A stretch of DNA of 64,000 nt from Scyliorhinus canicula (taxonomy: Eukaryota), in assembly GCF_902713615.1 (NCBI RefSeq), contig NW_024055491.1:186001-250000 (forward strand). Reading direction: 5' to 3'. The notes under the pieces were generated by a model. That model worked only from the letters and a program-made list of their open reading frames with translations, was not told the origin of the DNA and did not search any database. Positions within the stretch are counted from its first letter, which is position 1. The number at the start of each line of letters is the position of its first letter. The translations under genes and the position numbers were made by a program. Positions 1 through 13,167 of the stretch are shown here, piece after piece.

Positions 1-17
1 GGGCTCTTTTCTCCCGG

Positions 18-530
18 ATGGCGTCTTGCTTCTCGAATGTTGTTGGAGCTGCACTCATCCAGACAAGTGGAGAGTTTTCCATTACACTCCTGACTTGCGC
101 CCTAATGGTGTTGGACGGGCTTTGTGGACAGGAAGTGAGTTACTCGCGGCAGGATTCCTCGTCTTTAACCTGTTCAGATCGCAACAGTATTTATATGGCT
201 AATCCAGTTCAGTTTCCAGGCAACAGCAGCCCCCTGAATATTCATAATGGGGACACGGTGATGGTAATGCCATTGAATGTCAAGGGAAGATGGTTAGATC
301 TTCTCGTGTTAGAGCGGGACATTGCCGCACTTGCCACTTGCCAAGCCTGAATATAGTCCAGATCTTGTTGCATTCTGACATGGACTGCATTTAATGAGTC
401 GCAAAAGGTGTTGAACATTGTGCAGTCATCTGCAAACACGCTCACTTTTATCCTTGTGATGGACGAAAGGCCATTCATGAAGCAGCTGGATATGGTTGGT
501 CCCAGACCACTACCCTGAGGAACGTGGCAG
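18..530 (-). mobile_element. Degenerate non-LTR retrotransposon (LINE) reverse-transcriptase fragment
   Basis: ORF 242-478(-) contains VFADDCTMF, resembling the RT YADD motif; similar sequence recurs near 38260-38620. Confidence 0.6.
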
Positions 531-649
531 CTTCAGGTAAAGCAATAACTGAGACAGTGGCTCAGGTAATACAAAGAGAAACATGTTCTGGTTTAGTATC
601 CGTGGAGATTGAATCTAGTGAGGTAACAATTTAGACATAGACTATGACA

Positions 650-935
650 TTGGTTAGCAATATTCCTTCACAGCGTCAGGGCCCCAGGTTCGATTCCCGG
701 CTGGGGTCAATGACTGCGTGGAGTCTGCGTGTTCTCCCCATATCTGCGTGGGTTTCCCCCGGGTGCTCCGTTTCCTCGCACAGGTCCTGAAAGACGTGCT
801 GTGAGATTAATTGGGTATTCTGAATTCTCCCCCTGTGTACTCGAACAGCTGCCGGAGTGTTGCGGCTAGGGGCTTTTCACAGTAACTTCATTGCAGTGTT
901 AATGTAAGCCTACTTATGACAATAAAGATTATAAT
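650..935 (+). mobile_element. tRNA-derived SINE (HE1/V-SINE-like)
   Basis: B-box GGTTCGATTCCC, V-SINE-like core GAGTCTGCGTGTTCTCCCC..GCGTGGGTTTC, and tail TTCACAGTAACTTCATTGCAGTGTTAATGTAAGCC shared with many other copies in the window. Confidence 0.75.
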
Positions 936-1814
936 TGTAATAATAATTGAGATATGACCCCATGCTATACTAACTTCCTATGTACTTAGTGTAATATAAA
1001 GTGGTCCTTGCTTCAGCATATAAACAGCTGGGATTGAGCCGAGTACAGTAACAACTGAGACCTGCTGTCATAAAATCAGAAAGCTGACCTAACGTAATAG
1101 AATCAGAGACGGTGTCTGGTTAGATATGAATAGGAAGAGGGTCCTTGGCAGTAACAATGGAGACAATCTCTGCTTCATGTAATGTCAGCAATCACGGCGT
1201 CCCTGCCATCAACTGGCCAAACGTTGCTATTGCAATTATTGATTTATAAAATATATTTCATGAGATGTGGCCTCATTAGCAAGGCCCGCATTTATTGACA
1301 ATCACTAACCTCACGAACTGATAAGTTATAGGGCCTCTATTTGTATTTTTAAAGCACACTATCAGCTGTAGCAGGATTTGAACACCGCCTCAGTGAATGA
1401 AGCTGGGACTCTCAATTACTGACCCAGTGACATTACAGTTAACACACTGCTGTCTCTTTAAACAGTCAGGGGGGGTTTTCAGTGCAGAATAAGGCCGTTT
1501 GGACAGATATGGATGTGTTGACCATCTATAGGTGTGATTTGCTGAATACCATTCTTTTCCCGCAGTCTAGCATTGTTTTTCCCTTTGAGATAATAATCCA
1601 AAACCGCTTTGAAAGCAGCAAGTGACCCTGCCACCGCTACACAAATGTCCAGTCCATGCTAACCACTCACTGGGTGAAAGGTTTTATCCTTATGAAATGA
1701 AAATCGCTTATTGTCACGAGTAGGCTTCAATGAAGTTACTGTGAAAAGCCCCTAGTCGCCACATTCCGGCGCCTGTTCGGGGAGGCTGTTACGGGAATAG
1801 CTTATGTCTTCCTG

Positions 1815-2100
1815 CTTATTTTCCCAATTCCTTCAATCAGGCACTCGGCCCTTCCGCCAGTGGTATAGGTTCCTCCATATCTACTCTGGAGAGAACCCTC
1901 ATGATTTTGAATATCTCCGCCAGATCACGTCGTGACCTGCTCGTCAAGGGACATAGTCGCAACTTGTCCAATCTATCTTCGGAGGTGAACTTGATCACTG
2001 GAGCCATTCCCGTGAGCATTTTCTGCACGCACCCTAATGACTCACATTGTCCTGTAAGTGTGATACCCACAATGCTTCAGTTCAGTGGGTTCAAGATTTA
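1815..2100 (-). mobile_element. CR1-like LINE 3' fragment
   Basis: ORF 1837-2070(-) ..RRDLAEIFKIMRVLSRVD.. resembles the CR1 ORF2 C-terminus seen in better-preserved copies at 44366-44857. Confidence 0.6.
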
Positions 2101-5100
2101 ATACAAGTTTAACATAACGTCCATTCCTCTGTATTTTATATACCCATTGATAATTCCCTTTATTAATTGTTTTAATGACCGCGCTCTCAACTGTCCTATC
2201 CCCATCAGTAATTTATCTACATATAAACATTTTGTTGGTAAAAGCAAATTACTGCGGATGCTGGAATCTGAAACCAAAGAGAAAATGCTGGAAAATCTCA
2301 GCAGGTCTGGCAGCATCTGTAAGGAGAGAAACGAGGTGACGTTTTGAGTCCAGATGACCCTTTGTAAAAGCTCCCTCTGATCCTGCATTGCCTTTTGAAT
2401 TATTCCCTTTATTTTCTTTTGTCTTTCTGCGGTCTGCAAGACATATGAATTACTTCAAACTTTACTGCACTAACTTTAATCTGCAAATTTCCCACCCATT
2501 CCACCAACCTGTGTTTGTTGTTTTGAAGTTGTACATTATCCTACCGATGGTTCGCAACACCATCACATTGTGTATCATTCGCAGATGTTAAAAATCTCCC
2601 CTATCAAACAAGGTCCAGGTTATTAAGGTGTCATATATAAGGCCGCAATATAGATCCCTGGAAACTTCATCACAACATCCCTTCACTCCAAGAAACAGCT
2701 GATCCATACAGCTAGTTGTTTACTGGAAATTTCGTGTCCACCTTGCAACTGTCCATTTTACCTCAGAATGTGGCGCTGCAGCACATTGTCAAATGGCATT
2801 TGGAAGTTCATCAACAGCAATCCTCAGATCAACCATCTTTGCTATTCATCAGAAAATTCAAGCAACGTAATTAAACATCGTCGCACGGCTTAATTTATCA
2901 ACAAAGCACTGATGTACCAGCTCATAGCCTTCGCTGGTGGTCCCAAAATTTAAATTGCAGATTAATTTGAGTTATGGTCAGCGAAATTGCAAAGTGCCTC
3001 AATTGCTGTTAATTTATTTTTTTGATTATCTTATTTGAAAGGAGGAATGTGGAGCCATGGGAACCACACGTTGCAATGTGATTATTTGTGCAAGTGAGTG
3101 GACCTAACAACCTAAACCTGACGTGAAATTAATGAAACTTACAGTGCTGATTAAGTATTCCACTTGCTGAAAAGGAAATGAACATTTACTGCTCTGCAAC
3201 GTGTTTCACATTCATTTCCGATCCACAATATCCAATCTTAACGCTTGAGCTTCATTTCCACCCAACGTCTTCCAACCTCATAGAATCATAGAATCTTTTT
3301 AATGCAGAAGGAGGCCATTCAGACCATCGAATCATCACCGACCCTCTGATGGAGCAGTAAAAAAATCATTGGGTGAGATCTGGTGCAGGAATAATAAAGA
3401 AATTGCTGAACATAAAATAAAACGTGTGGTGTTCCTGCGTTATATAAGAAAACCAGAATCTTAGAAATATATAAAGTATGAGCAGGAATCGGATATTCAG
3501 TCCTTCGAGCCTGCTTCGCCATTCAATAGTGTATCTGGTGATCCTCTATCTCGACACCAGACTCCAGCTCTGTCCCATACCCCTTGACGTCTTTAGAGAC
3601 GAGAAATATATTCATTTCCTTCAGAAATATATTCGGTAATTTGTCCTCTGCAGCCACCTGTCGTAGATAATTCTGCGTGTTCAAAACCTTTGAGTGAAGA
3701 CCTTGCTCCTCATCTCTGTCCTAAATGGCTCACCCTGAGACCGTGACCTCTTGTTGGCCACTCCCAGAGGAAACATCTTCCCTGCACCCGGTCTGTACAA
3801 CCCTGTCAAAATGTTATACTTCAACGAGATCGCCTCTCATTCTGCTAAACCCCAGGGAAATCAGGTCTGGTTCATCCAATCTGTCCTCACACGATAATGG
3901 TGCCATTCCAGGCATTATCCTGATGAACAGTCGCTGCACTGCCTCCATGGAAAGCATTTCCATTCTGAGGTAAGGAGTCTGAATCTGCTCCCAATATTCC
4001 AGGTGACGCCCACCAATACCCTACATATCAGCTGTAAGACAGCCTTGCTCCTGTACGCAAGTCCTCTTCCAATTAAGGGCAACATACCACTTGCCCGCCA
4101 AACTGTTTGATGCACCTGCATTCTTGTTTTCAGTGATAGATTCCGCCAAAGATCAAGTTAATTTAAAACATTCTGCAACTTTTGTTTCCAGAATTGCTCA
4201 TAACAGTGAGCTAATTTTCTGAACGAAGAAGCTGTGAGTCAACATTCATTGTTACGTCTGAATTGTACCAGTTGTTACATTGAGAACGCGTCAGTCAGTA
4301 TTGGTTGTTGCAACGTGACAGGCGGTGGGATGCGCCACCTGGTGGTAGGTTTGAACGAATCTCTCTTCAAATTACGTCACAGACAGGGTAATGGTCCCAG
4401 TTGTCCCGGGGCCTTTGTGTGTTGACCTCAGCAGACAGCGCTGTCAGTCAGCTGCAGCCCATTCAATGTGAAAATTGTGATATTCTTTGGCGTATTCAGA
4501 AGAAAAGGAAACGAATGTTAACCTCTTTCGTTCCATAGAAATATGTATGAAGTACGAACGTGGAAGCATTGTTCTGGGTCTGACAATAAAAGTAGAACAA
4601 AAAAGTTCACATTTGGAGGTTGAGCAGATACAATATAAGCTCAGCGGATTGAGCTTCTGTTACTCACTGCCCGACCCGGTCTCCAGGAACCACTCCTATT
4701 TGTGGTTAACCCACACAGCAAACTGAAGAATTAATGGAAAGTTATCTCATAAGGTTGATGGTTGCGTCGATATATTAGATGGATATATCAATCGATTGCT
4801 CGATAGATAGATACATAGATAGACAGAAAGATGGAATTAATAATAAAGCTGATAGCATTTTATCTTTTTTAAGAACACGCCGGACGGGTGGACTAATGGA
4901 GAGACAGGGTAAGCCAACCCTAACTTAATACAACTTATGACGTAATACAAAGGCTGGTCGTTTTTATAAATTAACCTCACGGTTAATGGGAAATACATTC
5001 CGGGATGTTCATGCTGCTAACATGTGCAGTTTGATCGCTATGAATATCCAACATGATATTACCACACTGACACAACCTCGGGGATTTCCATCCCAGAAAG

Positions 5101-5677
5101 CTCGCTCTGAAAGTCCAAGGTTTTTGAAAGTGCCTCTGACGGAATTTCTCGTTTGTGTTTCTATAGCTGTGTTAATCTGGTTCCTTATTCACTTTAATGG
5201 TTGTCTGTGTGTCTGTTTGAGAGATCAGTTTGTGGGTCGATCACTATTTTTACTGTCTCTGTGTCTATGTTTGTGCTGATTCTGTGGTGTAAACGAGGCT
5301 GCTGGGAGATGGACATATTCACTTACTTTCATCATTAGCAACTCAGGCTAATGTGCACTCAAAAATCATGTCAACGAATGTTGGAATTTATTGCAGTGTC
5401 TGTGCATATCTGGATGATGTTTTCGTACATGTCGTTGCACGTGGCCGTGTGTGTTTCCAATAGGCGGTTGCGCTGTCCACAGGAGGGCGCTCTCTGATCA
5501 CGTATCAAACATCACCGACCCGTTCCAGAGGAAGCGGCCGCTTTAAGACGTGAAGGTGGGCGGAGCGAAGAAATCGGATTCGAACTCATAACATCTCGCT
5601 AATTGTTTCATCTCCGCCAATTACAGGGCTGGTCCAGTCAGTGACAACTGTCTGTTTCTGGAGTTCAGATTCGAACC

Positions 5678-6149
5678 ATGGGGCTGATACTCTGCCTGTC
5701 TCTGGTTATTGTCCTGATGACAGGTTGGTTATATTGAGCCTCTGTACTGAATCCTCCAATTCCCAAATGTGTTCTTATTTCCATCTTCGGGTGCTCATCC
5801 GCTTCACGTTTCTCCTTCTAACCAGCTTTTTCTTTTTAGGGATGAGTAAGGGAGACTCGGTGTCTCAGGAAGAACAACGAGTCGACGCAGAAGAGGGTGA
5901 AGATTCAGCCATACCCTGCAGTTACTCGGTATCGAGTTCAGCTGCAAGCTATTACCTCTTCTGGTATCGCCAGTATCCACACCGAGCTCCGCGGTATCTG
6001 CTCAGAGCCGATAGTTATGGGTTCAACGAGACGGCTCCCGGCTTTGAACGCTTCAGCGGGAAACTCAACCCGACACAAAGCACTTTTCACTTGTCCCTGA
6101 CAGATTTGAAGATGACAGACAGCGCCGTGTATTACTGCGCGTTGAGACA
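5678..6149 (+). CDS. TCR alpha/delta-type V segment 1, intact (leader 5678-5723, V exon 5840-6149)
   Basis: Leader MGLILCLSLVIVLMT/G with phase-1 GT..AG intron. V exon GDSVSQ..C..WYRQYP..DSAVYYCALR is open and has both Cys and the Trp. Confidence 0.9.
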
Positions 6150-6188
6150 CACAGTGGATAAGGGCCCGGCGGGGCTCATACACAAACT
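6150..6188 (+). other. 23-RSS of V1
   Basis: CACAGTG, 23-nt spacer, ACACAAACT. Confidence 0.9.
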
Positions 6189-6901
6189 GGCGCAATTTCC
6201 GTATCAAGTAAGCACAAGGAGTTGCATTGGTACAGATAATAAACTGGACAATCCAGCTCCATCTGAATGGGTTTCCCTCAATGAGATCAATGTTTGTCAC
6301 TGTTGGGCCATTGGACATTTGACGGTCATTATACCCCAGAATCAAATTCCATAATTTCCCGATCCCATTTATATAAACCTGCCGATCCCGGAGGATCATT
6401 TCATCAATCTGTATTTGTGAAACTTCTTGATCAGGTGGTAATCTACCATGCAGCTCTTTTTAAAAATGATCAAATTCAGAGTTGTCACTGTTTAAATTTC
6501 CTGGGGTACAAGTGATGACTGACTGAAATCAGTACTTTACCAGTACAAGAGACCCCAGTGGAAGCGCATCTTGGTGTAGAGTTGGATGACTATTTATCCC
6601 GTGTACCCTTAAAACAGTAATTATTAATTATGTTCGTGCACTGAATGGCCTCGTTAATATCTGTGTGTGAGACTGATATTAAAATATTTATTTTATCTTT
6701 CATATTTTGTGGGGAGGAATATCTACCTCAGGAAAGATGTGAAAGTTGAGGTCGAAGGAAAGCGATTTTAACCGAGAAAGAGACAGAATGACGGCAATGT
6801 GAGGAAGGGAGCGAGAAAGACAAACACACAGCCAGGGGTGGAATGCGATTGGAGAGAATCCGCATTAATAAACGCTCACCTGACAGTGATTGGCCCTCAG
6901 C

Positions 6902-6909
6902 TGACGTCA
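6902..6909 (+). promoter_or_regulatory. CRE palindrome in V2 promoter
   Basis: TGACGTCA about 165 bp upstream of the V2 ATG, with CCAAT nearby; CRE-like elements are known in TCR V promoters. Confidence 0.55.
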
Positions 6910-7074
6910 GAGCTGAGAGACCAGCCAATCGTAGTACTGACAAACGTCCCTCAGTTTCCCAAGAATTGATCTGCGTTTACTCTTTGCCACTGGTCTGGGT
7001 TTGCACTTTGATATGAGACTAGAAGCAGCAACATATTTGAAACAGTGTCGCTTTTTACTGTTCAATCAGGAACC

Positions 7075-7512
7075 ATGTGCTCCCTGTGTGATTTACTGAT
7101 AATAATGGTCTTGCTGCCCGGTGAGTCTGAGCTCAAATCCTCCTCCTGTGTTTCATGGGTTATATTTACTCACAGATTTATGACACATTCTATATGTTGT
7201 TACAGGAACCAGTGGCCAAGATTCGGTTTCCCAGGAGCCGCCTGAATTACCGGTTCAGGAAGGACAGACAGCAATATTGAACTGCAGTTACAAAGCAAAA
7301 TATACTGGCGAGACTCTCCTCTGGTACATCCAGTATCCAGGGGAAGCTCCGAGATATCTACTGAAGAAATATAGCGCGGGGAAGGGAGAAAGGTCTTCAG
7401 ATTTCCCTGACCGGTTTTCTGCTGATTTAGACAAGGATAAGAAAACGATTCCTTTAAATATCACCGGGGTCCGTGTCTCTGACTCTGCCGTGTATCTCTG
7501 TGCTCTGAGCCC
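7075..7512 (+). CDS. TCR alpha/delta-type V segment 2, intact (leader 7075-7120, V exon 7206-7512)
   Basis: Leader MCSLCDLLIIMVLLP/G, phase-1 intron. V exon QDSVSQEPPEL..NCSY..WYIQYPGEAP..DSAVYLCALS is open. Confidence 0.9.
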
Positions 7513-7551
7513 CACACTGTTACAGAGGGACTCTCAACCCGTACAAAAACC
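7513..7551 (+). other. 23-RSS of V2
   Basis: CACACTG, 23-nt spacer, ACAAAAACC. Confidence 0.9.
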
Positions 7552-8295
7552 GGTAAAGCACTCTCACCTCAATTCACTGAATTAGATCTTTCACCTGGAT
7601 TGTGAACTATTTATGTAAACAAAGCAATATTATAAAGAGCAGCTAGCCCTAATTATTTCTTTCTGTAGTGCTGAACGTGTATCATTGTCTGCTAAATCCA
7701 TTTTTATAGTAGTTTCTGTGCTTTGCGAGCAGCTCTCCAAATGCCACCGTCATGACAACACTAAATAGCATCCATCTGTGCCCTGTCTCAAAGATACGCT
7801 CAGTAACAGGACCAACATTCGCTTTCACGCCCTTTCTGTGTCACAGAGAGCGACAGTTGTTCGTCGTTTAGTTGTTTCGAGACCTATGTTGGATTTGGGG
7901 ATATTCGGGGAAATAAGGGAGATGAGGGTGGTGCAGGAAATTAGATTGCCTGTCGAACAACTATGATCTGTACAATTGCAGAACACCCCCATGTGAAGGG
8001 GCAAATCGTCCACTGCAGATCCTGCTCCTCATCATCTGATGTTCTTGTGTTCAGTTCATTGTTCTGAAAACAGGTGCAAGTGGTTCCGGGCTCCTCGCTC
8101 TGACGTAACAAAGAAACGGATCTAATTGGATGAAATGTAGGACACAGGAGCTTTGAGCTGATTGGGTGTCTCCTGCTGACTCTGTCGGGAATGAACCAAT
8201 CGGTAGTGAGGCCGGATATTACTCACATCTTCTGAACTCTGGACTGCAACAATTCAGCTGCAACTCACAGTTCAAATCCACTACCATCTCTGAAC

Positions 8296-8834
8296 ATGTT
8301 GAGATGCCTGTTACATTTTCATCAGAGCTGCAACTCACTTAACTGGTAAGTTCCCAAGGGGCACAATTTCCAGACAGCTCGCGATACTTACATTGTGATC
8401 CACCCTTAACTGTAATATATACAATTCCATGATTGCATGATTTCTAACAAAGTAATACAAAGTTTAAGCTCGGATTTCTATTTTTCGCAGGTACTATCGG
8501 TGCAGATATGGTTTCACAGGAACCTGTTACGGCGACAAAGTTTGAAGGATAATTGATTACTATTGATTTCAGATATTCGACCGCAGCTGGTACATATTAT
8601 TTGCAATTGTACCGTCAGGACCGGGACGAAGCCCCCATATTCTTGATCTACATTCCTAATTACGGAGATGTTTCCAGAGCAGTGGGCGTGGGGAGTCGAT
8701 TTTCTGCATCTTTGGACAGTTCGAGGAGTGAGGGTAATTTCAACATCCGGGAACTGTTGCTGTCTGACAGCGCGGTGTATTACTGCGGACTGAGAGACAG
8801 TGACAGCAACCAGAGGGAGTCTGGTACAAAATCA
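8296..8834 (+). pseudogene. TCR V pseudogene 3
   Basis: The 50-nt leader is out of phase. V exon from 8491 has in-frame TAA at 8550-8552 and first Cys replaced by Phe, though DSAVYYCGLR is retained. RSS is GACAGTG/23/ACAAAATCA, so the essential first C is lost. Confidence 0.85.
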
Positions 8835-9149
8835 CTGTCGCAGTGTGACACGGTGAATGGAACTGGGTACAGATTGGGAGATAAACCTGCAGATTTTTCT
8901 CATTTGAAAATATTGAAATAAGTATAAAGCCGAAAGTAATAGTGTGCATTGGGAAAGTTCTGTTCCATTCCATTCACATTAAATACATTCTAGACAGAAT
9001 GAAAAGAAATATTTGGAGCATTTGTACCATTTTGTAATTGAACAATGTCGCGAAAGAAATGTTGAAAACAATACTTAACGATGTGATGTAGCGGTTACAG
9101 GAAGTAACACAACAAGTAAATGCAGCCGCAATAGCAGGCATACAAGCTG

Positions 9150-9476
9150 GATTCAAAAACAGCTTCTTCCCCGCTATTACCAGACTTCTGAATGACCCTC
9201 TTATGAACTGAACTGTCCTTGTGTGGCGACATGGGGATTTTCACAGTAACTCCATTGCATTGTTAATGTAAGCCTACTTGTGACACTAATAAAGATTATT
9301 AATATTATTATTATACTACACTGCGTATGCTCACCCGATGTCTGTGCCTATAGATTTATATTGTGCATCTATCGTATATCCTGTTTTTCATTAATGCAAC
9401 AATCTGACTGGACTGTACGCAGAACAATATTTTTCATTCTACCTCGGCACTTGTGACACTAAAATCCAAATCCAAA
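9150..9476 (+). mobile_element. 3' end of a Rex1/Babar-like LINE with a SINE tail inserted
   Basis: Matches the reverse complement of the insertion at 21637-21959. SINE-tail sequence lies at about 9232-9315. The family name is a tentative recognition. Confidence 0.5.
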
Positions 9477-9779
9477 GCTACAGAACATGTAGTGAAGAAA
9501 ATGTTCTGGTTATTCTTCCATTAACCCGTTTTTCCGACCATTCGGTGACCATTCCGCTACCGAAAACGCACAACGCCTGACCTCACAGTTTACTATATTA
9601 TTTTCATTGGCTTCTAATCATGTCCTGAAAATACCCCTTTATAACTGTTCATGTGACTGTTCATTCTTAGTTTTAATATTCGTTAGTGTATTTAACATTG
9701 AGAGGAATTTTATCGGCCTATTCTATTGATTAGGAGTCTCCTCACCATGCTGGATTCGGTTTACATTACAGCCTGATGT

Positions 9780-9965
9780 CACAAACAGAAAAGTCTTTGC
9801 TCTCACTCGGAGTTTTTTTTCCTCATCAGAGGTGCACGGATGTAAATAGTTCCAGTCCCACGGGTGGAAGTACTCGCAATGGTAGTAGCGATTCTCCGAG
9901 ACTCGAAATGAACTGCAGCAAGTTCCTTCTTCTCACAGTTAATGCAACAATCAGACTGAATCAGT
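9780..9965 (-). pseudogene. Possible highly decayed V-segment relic
   Basis: Minus-strand reading DSV..EEG..CS.FRVSENRYY..NYL echoes the FR1-FR2 layout of V1, but has multiple stops and no RSS was found. Confidence 0.3.
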
Positions 9966-10107
9966 ATTCAATGCGAACCATTTTAGGCGGTGTTGCTATG
10001 GCGTGTGCTGTAGTTTATGTGCACGAGAATATATTAACTTGTCAGTAGCCGATCTGCTGTTTAAAAACTCTTCAACATACAGCAGCTGTGACCCAGAAAC
10101 TTGTGGC

Positions 10108-10447
10108 AGTTTTTGCTCGAGACTTTCACTCGCTGTCATCACTGTTACACTCTGTGCACGGTATCAGACCGCTGTGTTAGGCAGCCGCAGCTCCGAGATG
10201 GGCAATGGGTACAACTTGTCCGACTGTTGCACTGAATTGAAAAATAATTTCTGCGCGAAATCCGCCTGAAGTGAATCCCTGCCGTTCTTGTGCCTCCTGG
10301 CAGCAACCCCAGGCTGTCTGTCAGGGTACTGACGGTGACGGAATAAGTAAAATGCATCGTCGGTATGTGCAGGTTAAAGTGACATCTTCCCCTCTGTCTG
10401 AGCGAGTAAGGATTCCCGCTGAGTCACAGAATCTCCATTGCTTAGAG
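10108..10447 (-). pseudogene. TCR V pseudogene 4 (inverted), with RSS
   Basis: Minus strand: acceptor TTCCAG, GDSVTQRES..(frameshift)EDVTLTCTY..RQYPDRQP..PNTAV*YRAQS. RSS AACAGTG/23/GCAAAAACT at 10146-10108. Leader not identified. Confidence 0.8.
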
Positions 10448-10964
10448 CTGGAACACACGGTTATAGAAAGCGGAAATCATTGCTTAAAAATTCAACTGAA
10501 CTGACAGTAAAAACTCGCAGACTGTGTTCTATAAAATGAAATGGAATTTATACTCCTGAAAAGAACATCTGACTCAGTACCGAGATGCTCACACGTCCTA
10601 CCGATATCCTCTAACCAGCTTCATCCAACTCGAGCATACCCTTCCAAACCCTCCTGCCTCCTTGGCCCCTTAAATGCATCAATTCGCCTCTGTCACTACC
10701 TGTAATGGACATTTCCATATTCTAATCTCTACTAGGTGAAGACATTTCTCGGGAATTCTCGGATCTGCAATTTATCCGAGAGGCAGTTTGATTTCTAATT
10801 GAGTGTCTCAGAGTTCCGGTGAGTATATTTTGTCTGATGCTTCTGCTCCCTCCTTCCTGGAACACGTGGTTTGGTGAAGTTGTTGACATGGCAGACTGGG
10901 AGAAAATGAATGGTCCACACTCTGCACTTCCCTTTGTTTTAATAAATTTAAAGTACACAATTCA

Positions 10965-11155
10965 TTTTGATTTCAATCTTGGGGTAGTTTAGCGTGGCCA
11001 ATCCACCTAACCTGCACATCTTTGTGTTCGTGAGGGTGAGATCCACACAGACACGGGGAGAACGCTCAAACTCCACAGTGACCCGAGACCGAGGATCAAA
11101 CCCGGCTCCCCAGCACCATGAGGTAGCAGTGCTAACCACTGCGCCACCGTGTCGC
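10965..11155 (-). mobile_element. HE1-like SINE
   Basis: Reverse complement begins CACGGTGGCGCAGTGGTTAGCACTGCTACCTCA (tRNA A-box head), followed by B-box and V-SINE core. Confidence 0.8.
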
Positions 11156-11553
11156 TCCCATTCTGCGCTTTCCTGACACGGGGTAGAAGGAGAGAGAGGT
11201 TCCGAGACACAGAGGAAAGAGATTGGCACACAGATATACTTAACGACTAAAGAGCCAGACAAACATCGAGAAGAACAAAGGACGCAGAAAAAGACAGACA
11301 GTGCGATCTAGAGAAAGAGTTAGTCACTGAGCTGATACTAATACTGAGTGTTAGCCAATTGCTGACAGGGAGCACATGTGTTCACTTGCGTGATCAGCAG
11401 CAATGAGAAGCCAGCCAATCCTACCATTGGGCCACGCCCCTTAGTTACCCAATTAATTAAATCTGCCTTTGAATTTCCTTTTTCATGTCAGACTATAAGA
11501 GTTAACATGTTTTAACAATTCTGTGACTTCTGTGAAATTCGAAAGCAGCAACC

Positions 11554-11974
11554 ATGTTCTCCCAATGTGTTTTACTAATACTGTTGGTCTTGATGCCCGG
11601 TGAGTCTATGTTCAAATGGTCATTGTCTGTTCCCAGCGTTCGCTCCCAGGTATTTAATAGATTCTGTAATTTGTTGCAGGAACAAATGGCAAAGATGAAG
11701 TGTCCCAGGATCCCCCTGAATTAACAGTTCTGGAAGGACAGGCGATAACACTGGGCTGCAGTTACTCGACGGCTGGTCAAACTCTGTTCTGGTACATCCA
11801 GTCTCCCGGGGAAGCTCCGAAATATTTATGCAAGATATATAGCTCAGGAGCTACGTCTCATGATTTGCCAACCAGGTTCTCGGCTATTTTAAACAAAGAA
11901 AACAAAACAGTTCCTTTAAGTATCGCCGCGCCGCTTCTCTCCGACACCGCCGTGTATTTCTGTGCCATGGAGCC
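11554..11974 (+). CDS. TCR alpha/delta-type V segment 5, intact (leader 11554-11599, V exon 11680-11974); same family as V2
   Basis: Leader MFSQCVLLILLVLMP/G. V exon KDEVSQDPPEL..GCSY..WYIQSPGEAP..DTAVYFCAME is open. Confidence 0.9.
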
Positions 11975-12014
11975 CACACTGATGCAGAGAAATAGTGGAG
12001 CCTGTACAAAAACC
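11975..12014 (+). other. RSS of V5 with a 24-nt spacer
   Basis: CACACTG + ATGCAGAGAAATAGTGGAGCCTGT (24 nt) + ACAAAAACC. Confidence 0.85.
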
Positions 12015-12759
12015 CCAGCGTGAGAGTTCCAGTCATTGTCAGCAGGGGGCGCGCTCGCACTAAAAACATAAACAATAACTGAACCTGCGAGGGTCATTAT
12101 TAAGATATGAGAACAAAACACAATACCCGACAATAACGTAAGCAGCAGCTGAGGAATGTTATTAGTTAGTTTTTTAACTTGCAGCTATACTGTAAATTAA
12201 TTTGAAAAATTAATTTATGGTGCGTTCACCCACTTTCTGCCTTTTTGTGATCTTGTCCTGTCTTTCGGAATCAATGTGAAATCCTTTCCTCATTCACGCT
12301 CTCAGTGTCTGGGTCTCTTCGACCACAGCCGGCACATAGTGTCTATTTGGCTCGAGTATTTTGCTGGTAACAAGCCAAAAGCTCTGAATTACCTCAATGT
12401 TTATTTACAAATGTTTATTTTAATGTTTTCTGACTCAATTCACAGCCCAATTCTTCCCCCTGACAATAACCAGATGACCGTGCCTAACAATGAAAGTTGT
12501 ATTATTTTAAGGATACTGGCTAGATCTCTGTTCGCGTTGCTTAGATTCACTGACAGCCTGTTCCCCAAGTCCAGATGCTAAAGCACCATTGGGCTGCTGT
12601 GGAACAGTGGTCAGCTCTGCAAAAAGCAGCTGAGACGGACCTACAGTTTGTAACACTGTCGCTGGAAAATGTCCCTCAGTCGCCAGATAAGTGAAATCTG
12701 TTTCTGATCTGCGTTTAATAACAAGGGTTCTTTTTCTGCTTAAGCCTACATCAGACACC

Positions 12760-13050
12760 GTGTTCTCTCCAGGGCCGTTTCTGATAATGGTCCTGCTGCT
12801 TGGTAAGTCTGTGTTCAAAGGGACAGTATCTATTCCATGCGTTAGAATCCTTCCCAGACTCTGACACAGCCTGTGTTCTGTTGCCGCAACAAGTAACACA
12901 GACTCACTACTCCTGGATTGACTCTGTTGGACATCAATATTCAGGGTAAGCTCCGAAATAATTGCTGAGGTGATATAACTCGGATCATGGAGATAAGTCT
13001 CAGGGTTTCCTAGACCGGCTTTCTGTTCAGGTGGACAAGGATAAAGACAT
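12760..13050 (+). pseudogene. TCR V pseudogene 6 (V2/V5 family relic)
   Basis: Leader with GTG in place of ATG (12760-12802, donor GTAAGT); the intron resembles the V5 intron. FR1 is deleted; 12920-13050 aligns with V2 FR2-FR3 (..GACCGGCTTTCT..GACAAGGATAA) with stops. No RSS. Confidence 0.65.
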
Positions 13051-13167
13051 CAATGCAAATGTGTCTTACATAAACCTGTCAGTTTTGTTCACTGCGAGCA
13101 CGGAAATAGACTCATTTCGCTGTTAGAGGCATCAAAAACACTCAGCCGAGAAGAAAGTAGTCGCGGA

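Noticed and set aside
12507-12899. 130-aa minus-strand ORF as a separate gene
   Set aside because: It is antisense to the promoter, leader and intron of V pseudogene 6, with no recognisable domain.
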